A stretch of 64,000 nucleotides of DNA, taken from NCBI RefSeq assembly GCF_009914755.1, contig NC_060947.1. One strand, given 5' to 3'. How positions within the stretch are numbered: the first letter of the stretch is position 1; every line of letters begins with the position of its first letter. The notes under the pieces were generated by a model. That model ran no database searches, was not told where the DNA came from, and saw nothing but the letters and a program-made list of their open reading frames with translations. This document shows, in pieces, positions 59,701 to 64,000 of the stretch. A program made the position numbers and the translations under genes. This stretch comes from the human T2T-CHM13v2.0 reference genome, Homo sapiens.

Positions 59701-59838
59701 CAGGGAGGCTACAAATCCTCAGGATAAGTGCTCCTTAAAGTACAGGTTGGTTACAAAATGAGACACTTGCTGTAGAATGTAAATCAATGCTCTAACTCCT
59801 TCATTGAGAAAGTCTTGCTAGAAAATAAACGTCAGCTG

Positions 59839-60166
<328 letters not shown>

Positions 60167-60295
60167 TTAGTGATGATTTGGTTTACATTCTGTTACAAGC
60201 TCCCTGTCCCATCAAGGATAAGTAGCACTCTCTGGACCACACTTAGGTTAGTACTGGCCTAGTAAGCTCTGTAGAGAACAGAGACCATTTCTGTC

Positions 60296-60560
60296 ATAAT
60301 AATGGCAATAACCAGCTGTTATTGATTGATTTGAACTTTCTTAGTGTCACGTATTGTGCTAAACAATGCATATCAAATTTCTCTAAAACTTTATGGGTTG
60401 GAATTACTATTATCCCTATTTTACATGTGAGGAAACTGAGAGACAGAAAGTTAAATTGCTTGTCTATTATCATGAATTTCATCAGGAGTCAAGATGAATT
60501 TTGAACTGAGACCACTTGACTCAAGAAAGCACACTGTTTCCTACATTGCTACATGCCTCT
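60296..60560 (-). mobile_element. MIRb-type SINE
   Basis: actattatccctattttacatgtgaggaaactgagagacagaaagttaaattgcttg. Confidence 0.85.
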
Positions 60561-60699
60561 CATGTCACTGTGATATCCATAAGGGTGAAGTTTAGAAGTA
60601 ACACATACTTTTTGTAAAGAATGAATGAAAGAGTTTTTTGGGATGGGTAGACAGTGCTGGAGAACCTAAAGATACATCATAGGAAGAGTCAAATGGCAA

Positions 60700-60880
60700 G
60701 ATAGAGGCTATAAGAAAGAATGACCAAATTTGTCTTCTAATGCCAACATTCATGAGTTAGGAGAAGATTTTGAAGTTTGAAGAAGGACATTTTAGGAGAG
60801 ATAAGAAAGGCACTCATAATCAGATAATATAAGGCCAATAGCTTGATAACACATGAGGTGGGAACAGGATAAAACAGCGA
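60700..60880 (+). mobile_element. CR1-clade (Plat_L3/L3b-like) 3' fragment
   Basis: gaagtttgaagaaggacattttaggagagataagaaagg...gaggtgggaacaggataaaa resembles the CR1 ORF2 C-terminus. Confidence 0.45.
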
Positions 60881-61279
60881 GCCAGCCCCAGGATATTTGT
60901 CATGCTATTTGGCAGCTCAGGAGGCGCTTGGGCCTGCTTGGCCCTGGTTGTACATCAGGTAATGTTGGGAGCATCTTGCAAAGGCCCATGCTTAAGCCTC
61001 ACCTATGAACAGTACTGTCCTGGCACTAGGCACCTGCTTTTACAAAACCTTCCTCAGGTGACTCTAATGTTTAACAAATCTGGGAGAAGGCAGATTTGTT
61101 AAATTGGGGTGAGATAAATCCGGACTCAAAAGAATAACATAAGAAAAGTTAAATACATGGGAAAATTTGAAAAATCAATTTCCCCCCTCTTGTTTCACAA
61201 ACATATGTAGCATATAGCATATGTATAGCATATATATGTATCATATAACATATATAGCATGTAGTACATATATGTGTGC

Positions 61280-61464
61280 GTGTGTGTGCGTGTGGGTATG
61301 AAAACTATAGCAGGAAGGGTGGTGAAGTGAATGGACCAATTCAGTTGCAAGATTTTTACATTTTGTGTGACAGTATTTTGTGTAGAGCACTAACTCTAAC
61401 TAAACCACGAAAAATTAGGGGCGTATATTAAGCACTTAGAGTAACATTAAAAAGTAATACAAAT
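61280..61464 (+). mobile_element. old L1 inter-ORF spacer-like fragment
   Basis: gttgcaagatttttacatttt...aaattaggggcgtatatt...tagagtaacattaaaaa; abuts mid-ORF2 sequence, so either a deletion or a separate element. Confidence 0.45.
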
Positions 61465-64000
61465 AACAATCTGAATAGGCCTATATCTATTGAAAAATTG
61501 AATCAATGATTCCTAACCTTACAAAACAGAAAGCACCAGGCTCAGATGAGTTCTCACTGGTGGATTCTACTAGATATTTAAGAAAGAAATTATACCTATG
61601 CTTTACAATCTCTTTCAGAAGACAAAGGCAGAGGGAATATTCCGTAACTCATTCTATGAGACCAGTATTACCCTAATACCAAAACCAGACAAAGGCATTA
61701 TAAGAAAATAAAACTTCAAACCAATACCTTTCATTAATATAAATGCAAAAATCCTCAACAGATATTTATATTAATAAATGGAATCCAGCAATGTATAAAA
61801 AAGAATTGTACATCACAGCCAAGTGGGATTTGCTTCAGGTATGCAAGGTTGTTTCAACAATAGAAATAAGTTAATGTAATCCACTACATCAATAGGCTAA
61901 AGAAGAAAAAAATCATATGGTCATATTAATGGATACAGAAAAAGTATTTGACAGAATCCAGCATCCATTTATGATGAGAACTCTCAGAAAACCTGGAATA
62001 GAAGGGGCAATCCTCAACTTAATAAAGAACATCTACAGGAAACCTACAGCTAACATACCTCATGGTGAGAAACTAGAAGCTTTCCCACTAAGATCAAGAA
62101 AAAGGCAAGGATGTCTCCTCTCACTACAGCATTTCAACATTATACTGGAAGTCCTATCAAATGCAATAAGATAAGAAAATGAAACCAAAGATATATAGAT
62201 TGGGAAGAAAGAAATAAAAATTTATTTCTTCATAAATGATATGATTACCTATGTAGAAAATCTGAAAGAATCAACAACAACAAAACCTCCTGAAGCTAAT
62301 AAGTAATTACAGTGAGGTTGCAGGATGCAAAGTTAATATGCCAAAGTCAGTTGTTTTCCTATATACCAGCAATGAACAAGTAGAATTTGAATAAAAAACA
62401 CAGAACTTCCTAAAAATGAAATACTTAGATATAAATCTGGCAAAATACGTACAGCATGTAAGGAAAACTGCAAAACTCTGATGAAAGATGTCAAAGAAGA
62501 ACTAAATAAATGGAGGAGATTTTATGTTCATGGATAACATAACTCAATATTGTCAAGATGTCAGTTGTTCACAACTTAATCTATAATTTCGATGCAATCC
62601 CAATAAAAATCCCAGCATCTTATTTTGTTGCTCACAAAAACTGATTCTAAAGTTTATATGGAGAGGCAAAAAACACAGAATAGTCAACTCAATATTCAGG
62701 GAGATGAACAAAGTCAGAGGACTGACACTACCTGACTTCAAGACTTACCATAAATCTACAGTAATCAAGGCAGCATAGTATGATAAAAGAGTAGACAAAT
62801 GGATCAGCGGAAAAGAACAGAGGGTCAATAATAGACCCACATAACTCTACTCAGCTGATTTTTGACAGAAAAACAAAGGCAATACAATGGAGAAAAGAGT
62901 CTTTTCAATAAATATTGGTAGAAGAACTGGACATCTACAAGGAGAAAAAAATGAATCTCGACACAGAAATTACATCCATCACAAAATTCAATCAAGATTA
63001 ATCACAGACAGTAAAATTCAAAACTATAAAATTCCTAGAAGATAACAGGGGAAAACCTAGATGACCTCAGATATGGAGATGATATTTTAGACACAACGCC
63101 AAAGGCATGATACATGAAAAACCTAGTTGATAAGCTGAACTTCATGAAAATGAAAAACTTCTGCTCTGTGAAAGACAATGCTGAAAGAATAAGAAGACAA
63201 AGCACAGATTGAGTGACAATATTTGCAAAAGATATATATGATAAAGTATTGTTATTCAAAATATAATAAGATTTCATAAAATTCAACAATATGAAAATGA
63301 ACAACCCAATTTTTTAAAATGGGCAAAAGACCCAAACAGACACTTTACCAAAAAATATATGAATGACAAGTAAGCATATGAAAAGACGCTCAACATCATA
63401 TGTCATTAGGAAGTTTTAAATCAGAATGATAATGTGATACCACTATACCTTTTAGAGTGGCCGATCTAAAACACTGGCAATACAAAATGCTGGCAAGGAT
63501 GTAGAGCAATAGGAACTCTCATTAGTTGCTGATGGAAATGCAAAATGGAACAGCCACTTCGGAAGACAGTTAAGCAGTTTCTTACAAAAATAAACATGTG
63601 CTTACCATACAATCAAGCAATTGTGTTCCTAGCATTTATCCAAGTAAATAGAAGACTTATGTCCACACAAAACCTGCACATAGATATTTATAGCAGCTTT
63701 ATTGATAATTTCTAAAACTCGGATGCAGCTAAGATGACCTTTAGTAAGTGAATGGATAAACAAACTGGTACATCCAGATAATGAGCTATTATTTAGCACT
63801 AAAAAGATGTGAGCTACCAAGTCATGAAAAGATATGGATGAAATTAAGTGAAAGAAGCCAATTTGAAAAAGCAATATACTGTATGACTCCAACTATATGA
63901 CATTCTGGAAAAGGCAAAAACGTATACAGTAAAATGATCAGTGTTTGCTAAGAATTAGGGGGAAGGATAAATGAATAAGTGGAGCATAGAGGATTTTAGG
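61465..64000 (+). mobile_element. L1MC1-type LINE, ORF2 RT/C-terminus and 3' UTR (disabled, runs off the window)
   Basis: aatctgaataggcctat (NLNRP), ttctatgagaccagtattaccctaataccaaaaccagac (FYETSITLIPKPD); ORF 61917-62174 reads [13 protein letters not shown]...RQGCLLS; 3' UTR ttatgtccacacaaaacctgcaca, atgacattctggaaaaggcaaaa. Confidence 0.93.

Noticed and set aside
61917-62174. ORF with reverse-transcriptase motifs
   Set aside because: A fragment of a disabled L1MC ORF2, surrounded by stops and frameshifts. Not a functional RT system.

Overview
This is catarrhine primate genomic DNA, most likely human: it contains an AluY-type and an AluSc element, each with a target-site duplication (TSD). 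I recognise no protein-coding gene, structural RNA gene, CRISPR array or prokaryotic system. The supplied ORFs fall in repeats or are chance frames. The window is intergenic or intronic, very Alu-poor (2 copies in 64 kb) and rich in old elements: many MIR and L2 pieces, three CR1/L3-clade relics, old L1M fragments, MaLR/ERVL/ERV1 solo LTRs and hAT MITEs. About ten short non-repetitive islands between them are dense in homeodomain, PBX-HOX, MEIS and SOX-type motifs, as expected in the regulatory landscape of a developmental gene. The most notable items are (1) a 220-bp orphan polyadenylated retro-insertion with a TSD, (2) a very old CR1-like relic spanning the ORF1/ORF2 junction with an opposite-strand CR1 piece inside it, (3) a nested transposon stack at 28.8-33.8 kb, (4) a perfected 13-bp hairpin at an MLT1A LTR start, and (5) several + strand exon-like segments that could belong to a lncRNA. 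Repeat families and subfamilies were assigned by eye from remembered consensus sequences. Boundaries without a quoted TSD are approximate (tens of bp). I found no convincing new biological system.
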